Below are positions 55,055 to 64,000 of a stretch of DNA of 64,000 bases, piece after piece (the stretch's first letter is position 1; every line of letters begins with the position of its first letter). Source of the stretch: a virus (taxonomy: Duplodnaviria; Heunggongvirae; Uroviricota; Caudoviricetes); the IMG/VR virus record IMGVR_UViG_3300027608_000011; one strand, written 5' to 3'. A program made the translations under genes and the position numbers. Under the pieces are notes generated by a model, which made no database searches, was not told the origin of the DNA, and saw nothing but the letters and a program-made list of their open reading frames with translations.

Positions 55055-57024
55055 GGTACAAATCCAGCTGGTTTGGCAACGTTTTGCCATTGTCTCTTTT
55101 GCACTTCGGTAGGTGCACCAAACACAGGCTTCCAGCGGCCTGCGCCTAGTTGTTCGCCTTTAGTTTGTGCTTTATTATTATTAATAGCTCGTTTAATTGC
55201 CTTAAATCCTTCCAGCTCTAACTGCTGTCTTGTATTACCTTTAGGATAATTACCAGTTAAAAATATTTGTGCTTCTTTAAGTCGTCGTGCATTCTCATGC
55301 GGGCAAGCACTAATAGCATTGCCCATACTCTTATAGTCTTTTTCTTTTGCTAATGTTATAATGGTCTTGCCGTTAAGTTTTAATCCAGACATGCCACCGG
55401 CTCCCATATTATATGCAACACTAATTAATGCATCATATTGAGGTTGAGTAAACTTAACCCCTTTAAATCTTCTACTCATTTCTTTTTCGAAATACTTAAC
55501 GTCTTGCAAGAACTTATTATATGCTTGGTCGTATGTTTTGCCGTTTTCAAATTCACCAGCAGTATCATGCGGTATTCCGGGTTGTTGTAAATGACCAAAG
55601 CCAATACTGTTGTATCTGTAGTCCCAGTAATCTATTGGGCGGAATGCTTCTTGTCCTAATATAAAATCTACGCCAGGTTTACTTATATGCATAGCAGATA
55701 CATCAGTCATTGTAGTAGTGTCTACACCTTCACTGGGCTTAACGTCAGATACATCCAATGGAGTAGTTGATGCATTGGGATCAGTGGGAAACTGATGATC
55801 TAGTGCTGGGTCGGAACTCTGTTGCGCTGACCTAGTAATACTAACTAGCCCTGGATTGGGTAAATTAACGTGGCCTTGCCATGGCTCGTGTTCGGGTGCT
55901 CTACTTACTATAGATCTCCTTAAACTAGTATTTGTAACCAATGCAGTTTCTTCTGGCTGTGCTGGATCATCTGCTCCTGGTCCATTTAAATGAATTGTGC
56001 TTCCGACTACTATAACTTCTCCGGTGGCTCCTATTGTTAACTTGCCGTTAACTCCTAATGCCATACCTGCGCCAGCCAGCATATCAATACGTTGACCTAT
56101 TGTTTGTCGCATATTGCCGCCGGCTTTAACATTAAAGTCGTCAACACATTCCATATTAATATTTTTGCCGGCCCTTAGGTTTAAATCTCCCAAGGTATGC
56201 ATGTTAATGCCACCTTCAGCATACGCATCTATATGGCCATCGGCACTTAATTCAAACCATGCTGTTCCATCTCTATTAATCATGTACACCATACCAAAGG
56301 TATCGCTAATGAATATTTGTGCGCCGTGTGATGTACGTAATCTAATATAAGAATTTTTTACATCATCGTCCATAACAAACTGTTGTTGTCCAGGTGTCAA
56401 TATGCCTTGCACTTTACTAACGCTGTCGCGTTGTGCGCCGCTGGTACTATTACCCCTGAGAAAGTCTTTAGTTAGTCCTTGGTCTTCCAATGCATCTGCA
56501 AGTGTGGAATGTCGGGGTCGCAAGCTGGCATCGTTATCTAAATCTCGTTTATTTTTTTCTGCGCTGGGATATGTCTCTGCATTTGTTGTTTTACCATATG
56601 TTTTACCGAATGGAATTCCTGGAACAGTATATGTATTTGCTTGTTGATATAAACAAGCAAACCATACACCTTTAGTAATATCTCCGTTGGGAAACGCAAT
56701 TAGAACTTCATTATTAACGTCGGGCGGCACAAACCAAAACCCATAGGCTTTTTGTGTATCTTTAAAACTTTTAGGATTAGATCCAGTTGCATGTGGATTA
56801 GTAGCGCCAGCAAACGGACTAGCATATCCGACTGTGATCCAGCTGGATGAATCTTCAGACGAACTTTTAAATTCTGGGATCCAAACTTTAAGTCTGCCCA
56901 TACCTCTGTCATCTTTATTATCTTTAATAATGCCAAGATATATGCCCAAGGGCATATTAATTCTACTGGCGTTGCCGTCCTTAGATTGTGGTCTTACTCT
57001 ATTTGCCGCGTTACTTAATGCCAT
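55051..57024 (-). CDS. Baseplate hub/spike gp5-like protein with C-terminal GH24 lysozyme
   Basis: N-terminal OB fold (D..GMGRLKVWIP, GFWFVPPD), beta-helix repeats, IHLNG, PEHEPW; lysozyme E-x8-D..SIGFGH, QYDALIS..YN.G. Confidence 0.88.
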   Translation of the reverse strand: MALSNAANRVRPQSKDGNASRINMPLGIYLGIIKDNKDDRGMGRLKVWIPEFKSSSEDSSSWITVGYASPFAGATNPHATGSNPKSFKDTQKAYGFWFVPPDVNNEVLIAFPNGDITKGVWFACLYQQANTYTVPGIPFGKTYGKTTNAETYPSAEKNKRDLDNDASLRPRHSTLADALEDQGLTKDFLRGNSTSGAQRDSVSKVQGILTPGQQQFVMDDDVKNSYIRLRTSHGAQIFISDTFGMVYMINRDGTAWFELSADGHIDAYAEGGINMHTLGDLNLRAGKNINMECVDDFNVKAGGNMRQTIGQRIDMLAGAGMALGVNGKLTIGATGEVIVVGSTIHLNGPGADDPAQPEETALVTNTSLRRSIVSRAPEHEPWQGHVNLPNPGLVSITRSAQQSSDPALDHQFPTDPNASTTPLDVSDVKPSEGVDTTTMTDVSAMHISKPGVDFILGQEAFRPIDYWDYRYNSIGFGHLQQPGIPHDTAGEFENGKTYDQAYNKFLQDVKYFEKEMSRRFKGVKFTQPQYDALISVAYNMGAGGMSGLKLNGKTIITLAKEKDYKSMGNAISACPHENARRLKEAQIFLTGNYPKGNTRQQLELEGFKAIKRAINNNKAQTKGEQLGAGRWKPVFGAPTEVQKRQWQNVAKPAGFVP

Positions 57025-57027
57025 GTG

Positions 57028-59409
57028 TTAACTCTTTGTGTTTGGAACTGTCGAAGATGTTTTAGTTGGATACGACTCTCGACTTTTCTTTACAGACTTC
57101 TGTTCTGTAGCTTTATCTGCGGCTTTCTTTGAAGCCGTTTGTGTTTCGATGCCTAAATAACTGTTAATAATATTTGCATCTCTTACTGCTGTTAACTTTT
57201 GTGTAAAATTTCCTTTAAAAGTATGCTCTACATTTGTAACTAGATATAAACCAGATATCATCTGATTCGTATCAAACGTCATCAATCCATCATCGTTATA
57301 TTGGCTTGGTGTTTGAACGGCCAAGTACAAATAATTGCCGCCTTTATTATAATCTGCAAATATAGAATTAGAATACTTGGCCTGATTGTTTCCAGCTAGT
57401 TTTTCTAACAGTATGCTATTTGGCACACCAAACCAGAATGGATCTCCAATTATTTCTATTGGGTCTAGTTTACATAAATCTGCACTGGCTTTGAGTTGAT
57501 TAAAGATATATCCGAAACTACCTCTGTTGTTACTAAACGGACTTTCCATACCTTGAGTTGATTCTTGGTCAGTGTCGTCTTCTAAGAATCTATTTAACAA
57601 CCAACCCGCATTAACCTGTGTATTGTCTACTACCCCTTCGCTGTCTTGATAAGTTAATCCTTGAACTCGTATTTGCTTAGGATCCTGTTGCGGTGCATTT
57701 TGGCCGAACTTTTTAATTGGACCTAGTAATGTTGTTACGGCGGCTTGCTTATCTTGCATCCATGGATTAGTTTTCTGCTTTGCTTCTAATTCTGCAATTC
57801 GTTGTTGTCTTTTAGACTCTCTTAGATAAATGCCCTCTCTTGCGTCTTTGAGTGCTTTGGCATTATCTTTCCATTCTTTTCTAGCTTCATCAATACGTGC
57901 TTTTTCCCCATTGGGATTGCCTTTAATTTTGTCTCCATGCTGACTAGTATCTGCAAATGCTGTTCCGTTAGTAGGCACAGGTTGAAAATAACTGTTTTCT
58001 AACTTAATGTTAAAATTCATTACTTCAGTGTTACGGCCAGTATACAAATAGTCATAGCGTTTGTTAAGCATGTTTAATGCTTTCATTTTCATGAAACGCT
58101 TTTTAACTGTTTCTTTATTAGTATTGTCGTCACCACCTTGCTGTGCATCTTGATCAGCTGGCGTTACAATCTGCGGAGTTATCCACGGTATTATTTTGTA
58201 TGTTATTTTCTTTGCATAGTCTTTAACATAGCTATCAAACTCAATTGCTTCAGTCCATGTTTGTACTCTGAAAAATTGATATGGATCAGCGGCTTCGTCG
58301 GGAGTTATTTTACTAGGTAATCCTTTTTCGCCGCCGGCACTACCTTTTCGTTCTACACGTTGTAATTGTTGCATTTCGTCTGTGCCAGCTAAAATAACAT
58401 TAATCAATCCTAGTATACCAGACCCTTCCCTGAATACTTGTTTACCTTTGCCGCCGTCAGATTGCAGTGATTTACTGATAGAAATATTACTAGGGTTAAA
58501 ATTAGCAAATCTATATTTTGCTATTTCTGGATCAACTTGGAATACATATTCATGTGCTACTAATTTACTAGCGTATACTTTATTTTTTTCTTTTTGATTC
58601 AATGCAGTGGCTAAGCCAGTGAAGTATTCTCCAACTGTGGACGCAGAAACATTAACAATGTCTTTTAAGTTTTCTACAATTAGTTCCTGTGCTTGAACTT
58701 CTTGGTGTACAAATTCAATATCATACTTGCCGCCGTTGGCATCTATATTCATAGTTACTTTTTTAAACACAATTGGCCATATAAAATAAGTGTCAGGAAT
58801 AAAAATGTTTTCGCCAGTTTCGGTTGTTCCTTTAAATGTAACTTCTAGATAATAACTTGCTTGGGTGTGATTAGATATACGTAACGCATTAGCTGTTCTA
58901 ACTATATTATCTAAAAATCTAACACCCAATGGTTCAACAATAACCATTCTACCAGTTGTATTAGTTACATTCTGAGACTTACTATCCCAATTACAAACAG
59001 ATTTAAGAGTGCATTCATCAATGACCATGTCGGCAGTCGCGGCGGTTTCTGCAATAACTACGCCCTGTTCGACTTTCCAGTCTGACACAAGTTGTGGATG
59101 TATCATTGTTAAGCGCAAATAGTACGCAGTATTAGTATAAGTGTTAAGAATATTATCTTTAAACTTGTTTGCCGCTTCAGCGGCATTTGCAATATCTAAT
59201 TGAACTGGTACAACTGATTTGTCTTTGTCATCTACTTGTTTTATGTAGTCGGGATCTTTAAGAGCGTTTACTCTAGATTTTCTATTTTCAACTACATTGT
59301 CGTAGCCCGCTTGAGTTTCGGCATCTCTGCCTTTATTAGCTTTCGCGGCCTCGGCGGCATTCGTCGGAGGGTTGCTCTTACTAGGATATTTTTGTTTTAC
59401 TGTAGCCAT
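57028..59409 (-). CDS. Baseplate hub-like structural protein
   Basis: Lies between gp53 and gp5; KRYDYLYTG.N.EV, IIGDPFW, SGLY.V..VEH.F.GNFTQKL...R. Confidence 0.7.
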   Translation of the reverse strand: MATVKQKYPSKSNPPTNAAEAAKANKGRDAETQAGYDNVVENRKSRVNALKDPDYIKQVDDKDKSVVPVQLDIANAAEAANKFKDNILNTYTNTAYYLRLTMIHPQLVSDWKVEQGVVIAETAATADMVIDECTLKSVCNWDSKSQNVTNTTGRMVIVEPLGVRFLDNIVRTANALRISNHTQASYYLEVTFKGTTETGENIFIPDTYFIWPIVFKKVTMNIDANGGKYDIEFVHQEVQAQELIVENLKDIVNVSASTVGEYFTGLATALNQKEKNKVYASKLVAHEYVFQVDPEIAKYRFANFNPSNISISKSLQSDGGKGKQVFREGSGILGLINVILAGTDEMQQLQRVERKGSAGGEKGLPSKITPDEAADPYQFFRVQTWTEAIEFDSYVKDYAKKITYKIIPWITPQIVTPADQDAQQGGDDNTNKETVKKRFMKMKALNMLNKRYDYLYTGRNTEVMNFNIKLENSYFQPVPTNGTAFADTSQHGDKIKGNPNGEKARIDEARKEWKDNAKALKDAREGIYLRESKRQQRIAELEAKQKTNPWMQDKQAAVTTLLGPIKKFGQNAPQQDPKQIRVQGLTYQDSEGVVDNTQVNAGWLLNRFLEDDTDQESTQGMESPFSNNRGSFGYIFNQLKASADLCKLDPIEIIGDPFWFGVPNSILLEKLAGNNQAKYSNSIFADYNKGGNYLYLAVQTPSQYNDDGLMTFDTNQMISGLYLVTNVEHTFKGNFTQKLTAVRDANIINSYLGIETQTASKKAADKATEQKSVKKSRESYPTKTSSTVPNTKS

Positions 59410-59410
59410 T

Positions 59411-59701
59411 TTATAGGTATGTGTTTGCTCGGTCTTTACTTAGTAATTTAATCCTTGTGCCAGATTTAAAGTCGAACACCGGATCTCTCAATACGTTTGG
59501 ATTTAATGCACGGAATATCCACCATAATCTACTAGACCCATACGCTTCATAAGCTAATAGGTCTGGTCGGCAATGATATTTAGGTTCAATTGTAATTTCT
59601 ATTTCAGTTCCGTCGTAGGCAATAGATGGCAAACTTGCTGTGTCTAAATAAAACCTGTTGATTCGGGTAGTAGAATACGGGCTTGCATTTTCATATCTCA
59701 T
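59411..59701 (-). CDS. Baseplate wedge gp53-like (LysM-like)
   Basis: RPDLLAY..YGS.RLWWIF...N motif. Confidence 0.85.
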   Translation of the reverse strand: MRYENASPYSTTRINRFYLDTASLPSIAYDGTEIEITIEPKYHCRPDLLAYEAYGSSRLWWIFRALNPNVLRDPVFDFKSGTRIKLLSKDRANTYL

Positions 59702-59703
59702 AA

Positions 59704-60324
59704 TTAAATGTATCCTTGTTTGGCCAATGTGCCGTTCGCAAAGTCAGACAAATTGAATTTGTTTTTGATAGCATTAGTGCTATATTGCACTGACAGATCC
59801 ATGGTCATTTCTAACACCATCGGTACCATTGACGTTCCAATCGGCGTTTTAATTGGCACATAGTCTACATCACTAGGGTACCTGTAGTTTACGCTGATCA
59901 CCTGTACCGGAACATTTTCAAAGTTCGTTGGACCATATGCGCTGAAATTTAACACTGGTGGCGGACTGCCGCGCTTTGCATCAGTTACACCAAAATGCAT
60001 TTTGGTGATTGTTCTTAAGTAATGCATTACTGCTATCATGTATAATCCATCGTCAACAGTACTTGCAGTAAATTTGATTGAGTTCAAACTTATCCTAGGG
60101 TTTTCTGTTCTTTTGTAAATATTAGGACTATAGTTAGTATGGGTCAGCGCCAATGGATCGTATATTGCCCTGACATCATACTGAATGTCTGGCATATATG
60201 GAAAGAGTATGCCGCCGAATTGTTTAAGTGGATCTAGTATTGGGCTGTTAAACATTGGGTCACGTACCCCTTGTTTACTGGCCAGTGACACCCTGTTGGA
60301 ATAATTAATCGATTCGCCCGCCAT
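59704..60324 (-). CDS. Tail tube initiator/baseplate protein (gp48/gp54-like)
   Basis: GILFPY.P.I, THTNY, G.PPPVL.FSAYG, NVPV, P.DVDY. Confidence 0.65.
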   Translation of the reverse strand: MAGESINYSNRVSLASKQGVRDPMFNSPILDPLKQFGGILFPYMPDIQYDVRAIYDPLALTHTNYSPNIYKRTENPRISLNSIKFTASTVDDGLYMIAVMHYLRTITKMHFGVTDAKRGSPPPVLNFSAYGPTNFENVPVQVISVNYRYPSDVDYVPIKTPIGTSMVPMVLEMTMDLSVQYSTNAIKNKFNLSDFANGTLAKQGYI

Positions 60325-60934
60325 TGCCGTCTCCTAGTTTGCTATCTACCATTTTAAATAATTGCTGATCAAATTTACCAAATAACTCTGTAAATAATTT
60401 AACTCGAGTCTCAGAGTCTGAATCTTTATACATTGCTCGTATTTCACTAGCACTTCGTATTTCGCGGCCTAATATACTAAAATCAAATGTCGGTACGGTA
60501 TACACATATCCATGTTTGTCAAATGTTTTAAAATCATGGTCTTTCTGAAAAGCCTGTAAATAGCTAGGTGTGCCATCTTTCTTTAAACCAAATTTGAAAC
60601 GAGGGTCATCTGACATATCTTTTTCACTGACTGCAAACACCAATACATTTTTAGTAGGATCATAATTTGCTGTAATTTCCTGTGCTTGATATGGGTTTTT
60701 TGTTAAAATTACTTGGCTAGAAGGAACGCCCGTTAATTGCATTAATGCTTTCTTTTCTGCAAAAGAAAACGGACTTTTAAGAGGTTCTACTTTGTCACTA
60801 GTAGCAATATACACTGAGCCAGCTCCAAATTGTTTGACTAAGAAGTCAAATACCTGCTTGTGTCCTAAATGAAAAGGCTGAAATCTACCGGGGTATACTA
60901 TTACTAGTCTCTTGTCTATTTGGCTGAATCTCAT
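60305..60934 (-). CDS. Cytidylyltransferase-like (HIGH-motif) nucleotidyltransferase
   Basis: YPGRFQPFHLGH, SPFSF.EK, SASEIR; TAAATA at 60958-60963. Confidence 0.85.
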   Translation of the reverse strand: MRFSQIDKRLVIVYPGRFQPFHLGHKQVFDFLVKQFGAGSVYIATSDKVEPLKSPFSFAEKKALMQLTGVPSSQVILTKNPYQAQEITANYDPTKNVLVFAVSEKDMSDDPRFKFGLKKDGTPSYLQAFQKDHDFKTFDKHGYVYTVPTFDFSILGREIRSASEIRAMYKDSDSETRVKLFTELFGKFDQQLFKMVDSKLGDGNGGRID

Positions 60935-61001
60935 CGCATTGTTCCTTATCTATCTAATATTTATGGCAAACAAAAACGGTGAATTCATGCTTTTATAACC
61001 A

Positions 61002-61030
61002 TTGACAATGGTAGTCTACTCTAGTATAAT
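61002..61030 (+). promoter_or_regulatory. sigma70-type promoter for gp55-gp47-gp46
   Basis: TTGACA-17nt-TATAAT. Confidence 0.85.
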
Positions 61031-61036
61031 AATTCT

Positions 61037-61942
61037 ATGACCGCACCTAAAATATACCTTAGCAACAAAGAATTGCTTAAAGAAATACATAAAAGTAAGA
61101 TGACTTACTCTTGGATTAAAAGCCCAGATTACTTTCAGCATGATATTATTGTGCGAGATTTAAACGATTTCAATAGTACCCCCACTGAAAAGTTGCCAGA
61201 CGGAGTAATTGCCGAAGCGCAGTCAAACAGAGCGGCGGCACTAAGTGCCAAAGCGCACGATGTTGCTCTTAAAGAATGGGAAGGTAAGGGCGGTAAGGGC
61301 GAAAAGCCAAAAGCCATTCAATATAAAGTTGATTCTTCTACCGTTAATCCCGACGATTTAGTTATTCGATTAATGACATTCGCACATATTCCCGAGGAGC
61401 CGGGTAGGAAAAACAAACCAAAAATAACTTCGGACTACCATAGTAAAGTAAATTTCCCACCGTTCCAACATTTTGCTAAACTCAACGGAGACTGGAAAGA
61501 AGTAGCTCGAAGTCATTGGAAGGGCGATGCAGATACCGGAGAGTTCAGTGTTGACCACGGAACAACTACTAGACGTTTAGCTGAAATGTACATAAAATTA
61601 TGTGAACGTTACAGTATGCGTAGTAACTGGCGAGGCTATACGTATGTTGAAGAAATGCGTGGTCAGGCACTATTACAATTAAGTCAAATTGGTTTACAGT
61701 TTGATGAATCGAAATCTGAGAATCCGTTTGCATACTATACTGCCGCTATTACTAATAGCTTTACTCGAATTTTAAATATTGAAAAGAAAAATCAGGTTAT
61801 CCGTGATGATTTGTTAATCGACAACGGGCAATTACCAAGTTACAGTAGACAGTTGGAGTACGAAGCAGGTATGGTTCTAGAAAGGGAACGCAACTCTGCT
61901 CTGCGAGATTCGGAATCAGTAGGGGTAATTGTAGATGAATAA
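61037..61942 (+). CDS. Late-transcription sigma factor, T4 gp55-like
   Basis: YLSNKELL, NWRGYTY.EEM, FDESKS.NPFAYYT..I.NSF.R.L..EKK; upstream of gp47/gp46 as in T4. Confidence 0.9.
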   Translation: MTAPKIYLSNKELLKEIHKSKMTYSWIKSPDYFQHDIIVRDLNDFNSTPTEKLPDGVIAEAQSNRAAALSAKAHDVALKEWEGKGGKGEKPKAIQYKVDSSTVNPDDLVIRLMTFAHIPEEPGRKNKPKITSDYHSKVNFPPFQHFAKLNGDWKEVARSHWKGDADTGEFSVDHGTTTRRLAEMYIKLCERYSMRSNWRGYTYVEEMRGQALLQLSQIGLQFDESKSENPFAYYTAAITNSFTRILNIEKKNQVIRDDLLIDNGQLPSYSRQLEYEAGMVLERERNSALRDSESVGVIVDE

Positions 61943-62123
61943 TGGTACTAAAGAACGTATGCAAGAACTGATGGTACCTATCGACACTAGTATACAGTTA
62001 ACAAATGATTCAAATGAGCTCCTTATGGTTGCATGTGCTATGATGCAACGCTCAAAAGAAATATTCGAAACAGTACTAGGAGATACAGGTCGTAAAAAGA
62101 TGTTTAAGGATTATGCTGAATGA
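61935..62123 (+). CDS. Hypothetical protein
   Basis: 62-aa ORF overlapping both neighbours. Confidence 0.7.
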   Translation: MNNGTKERMQELMVPIDTSIQLTNDSNELLMVACAMMQRSKEIFETVLGDTGRKKMFKDYAE

Positions 62124-63139
62124 CTCAACTTTTTAAAAAAGTAGCTTGCTTTACTGATATTCATTTCGGTATGAGGCAAAATAGCAAAGCACACAATCAG
62201 GACTGCGAAGATTTTATCAATTGGTTCTGTGAAACTGCAAGAAAAGAAGGTGCTGAAACTTGTATTTTCTTAGGGGATTGGCATCACCATCGTGCAACCG
62301 TTAATGTTAGTACACTGAACTATACTGTTAATAATCTAGAAACGTTAAGTAAAAATTTCAAACAAGTGTATTTTATCACTGGTAATCATGATTTGTATTA
62401 CAGAGAAAAAAGAGAGTTAAACAGTTTACCGTTTGCAAAAAATATGGATAATATTATAATGGTAGACGAAGTATTCCGGCAAGGTGATGTTGCTATTATT
62501 CCTTGGCTAGTAGAAGATGAATGGACTAAGATGAAATCTCTTAAAGAGAAATATGTATTTGGTCATTTCGAACTTCCTAACTTTTATATGAACGCTATGG
62601 TAGAAATGCCGGACCATGGCGGTTTAAATTCTGGACATTTTCCTAATCAAGAGTATGTGTTTAGTGGACATTTTCACAAGAGACAGAATAGAGGAAATGT
62701 ACACTATATTGGCAATGCATTTCCACACAACTATGCCGACGCTGGAGATGACGAACGTGGTATGATGATCCTAGAGTGGGGTGGCAAGCCAGAATACATT
62801 ACATGGCCAGGCCAACCTAGATTCCGTACAGTAAAGCTAACTCAGCTTATTGAAAATCCAGATTCTTATCTAAGCCCTAGTACATTTATACGTGTTACGG
62901 TGGACGTTGACATTAGCTACGAAGAAAGCACATTTCTTAAAGAAAACTTTATGGACACATACAAGTTACGAGAAATTAGTTTTATCCCTGGCAAAAAAGA
63001 AGAACATGCAACCGAATGGGATGCTGGAGAAATTAAATTTGAAAGTGTTGACACTATTGTGTTAAACCAATTGACTGCCATCGATAGTAAAGTTATCAAC
63101 AAGCAAATGTTGATTGACATTTACAACGGATTACAGTAA
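62120..63139 (+). CDS. Recombination endonuclease subunit, gp47/Mre11/SbcD-like
   Basis: TDIHFG, LGDW, GNHD, GHFE, SGHFH metallophosphoesterase motifs. Confidence 0.93.
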   Translation: MTQLFKKVACFTDIHFGMRQNSKAHNQDCEDFINWFCETARKEGAETCIFLGDWHHHRATVNVSTLNYTVNNLETLSKNFKQVYFITGNHDLYYREKRELNSLPFAKNMDNIIMVDEVFRQGDVAIIPWLVEDEWTKMKSLKEKYVFGHFELPNFYMNAMVEMPDHGGLNSGHFPNQEYVFSGHFHKRQNRGNVHYIGNAFPHNYADAGDDERGMMILEWGGKPEYITWPGQPRFRTVKLTQLIENPDSYLSPSTFIRVTVDVDISYEESTFLKENFMDTYKLREISFIPGKKEEHATEWDAGEIKFESVDTIVLNQLTAIDSKVINKQMLIDIYNGLQ

Positions 63140-63150
63140 AATAACAATCT

Positions 63151-64000
63151 ATGATCACAGTAAAAAATATTACGATTAAAAATTTCATGAGTGTTGGAAA
63201 TGTCACTCAAGCAGTACAGCTAGATCAAAACGGACTCACCCTTGTTTTAGGCAATAACCTAGACTTGGGAGGTGATGGAAGTAGGAATGGTACAGGAAAA
63301 ACTACCTTAGTTAATGCCCTTTGTTATGGCTTGTATGGTCAAGCTATAACTAACATTAGGAAAGACAATCTTGTTAATAAAACAAACTCCAAAAACATGC
63401 TGGTTACTATCGACTTCTCGAAAAACGGGTCGACTTACAGAATTGAAAGAGGTCGCAAGCCTAACGTATTCAAATTCATTGTCAACGAAAGCGAGATTGC
63501 TGACAATGCGTCCGATGAAGGTCAGGGAGAAAACAGACTAACACAACAACATATCGAGTCAGTGTTGGGTATGAGCTACGATATGTTCAAACATATTTTA
63601 GCATTAAACACTTTTACTGAGCCGTTTCTTAGTATGAAGTCTACTGACCAACGTGCTATTATTGAGCAGTTACTGGGCATTACATTGCTTAGTGAAAAAG
63701 CAGAAATTCTTAAAGAGCTAATGAAGTCTAGCAAAGACAGTCTCAAAGAAGAAGAATTCAGAATGAAAGCTCAACAAGAAAGTAATAATAAAATTAAGTC
63801 GTCAATTGACGACTTAGAAAAAAGAAGTAGTATTTGGTTAAGAAAAAGTGAAGAAGATATTGTCACTTATCAAAAGATAATTGCAGAACTAGAAGCAATT
63901 GAGATTAACCAGGAACTGACCAATCATCAGCTAGTAACTGTATGGAAAGAAAAACAAAGTAAAATTACTAGATTTAATAAAGACGTAAGCACACATCAAA
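63151..64000 (+). CDS. Recombination ATPase subunit, gp46/Rad50/SbcC-like (3'-truncated)
   Basis: MITVKNITIKNFMSVGN...RNGTGKTT Walker A, IERGRKP, then coiled coil running off the window. Confidence 0.93.
   Translation, partial: MITVKNITIKNFMSVGNVTQAVQLDQNGLTLVLGNNLDLGGDGSRNGTGKTTLVNALCYGLYGQAITNIRKDNLVNKTNSKNMLVTIDFSKNGSTYRIERGRKPNVFKFIVNESEIADNASDEGQGENRLTQQHIESVLGMSYDMFKHILALNTFTEPFLSMKSTDQRAIIEQLLGITLLSEKAEILKELMKSSKDSLKEEEFRMKAQQESNNKIKSSIDDLEKRSSIWLRKSEEDIVTYQKIIAELEAIEINQELTNHQLVTVWKEKQSKITRFNKDVSTHQ

Noticed and set aside
309-63120. Many short overlapping ORFs in the track (e.g. 309-671, 12227-12595, 29003-29602, 36888-37439, 52640-53134)
   Set aside because: Antisense or off-frame shadows of well-supported genes, with no motifs or RBS.
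1-64000. Stop-codon reassignment, tRNA genes, introns or inteins
   Set aside because: Genes tile the window under the standard code and end in TAA, TGA and TAG; intergenic gaps are short with no cloverleaf seen; core genes appear uninterrupted.

Overview
This window is a 64-kb AT-rich segment of a large T4-like (myovirus-type) dsDNA bacteriophage genome. It is densely coding under the standard genetic code, with no tRNA, rRNA, CRISPR array or integrase visible. Family calls come from motif recognition by eye, not database searches. Core phage genes: RNase H/5'-3' exonuclease, ThyX, ATP-dependent DNA ligase, gp55 late sigma factor, gp47/gp46 recombination nuclease, and a minus-strand baseplate/tail region (gp53, hub, gp5-lysozyme, gp25, gp6, a 3208-aa wedge protein, a fibre with an autocleaving chaperone). 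Early genes sit behind repeated, near-identical sigma70 promoter cassettes; late genes sit behind TAAATA boxes. Four accessory loci stand out. (1) 13.4-23.2 kb: a 13-gene cluster resembling a natural-product tailoring pathway (GNAT, SDR, three Fe/2OG oxygenases, desaturase, B12 radical SAM) that contains a duplicated PP-loop ATPase + GNAT-like module. (2) 23.2-31.9 kb: a late operon of five glycosyltransferase-like genes plus a methyltransferase, directly behind a probable virion protein carrying a Cys-bracketed (Gly-Gly-Tyr)n double loop, suggesting a virion decoration system. (3) 5.4-7.1 kb: a DGQH/ParB-like + HNH gene pair with tandem leader hairpins, resembling GmrSD architecture. (4) QueE and a distant QueC-like gene, hinting at 7-deazaguanine chemistry.
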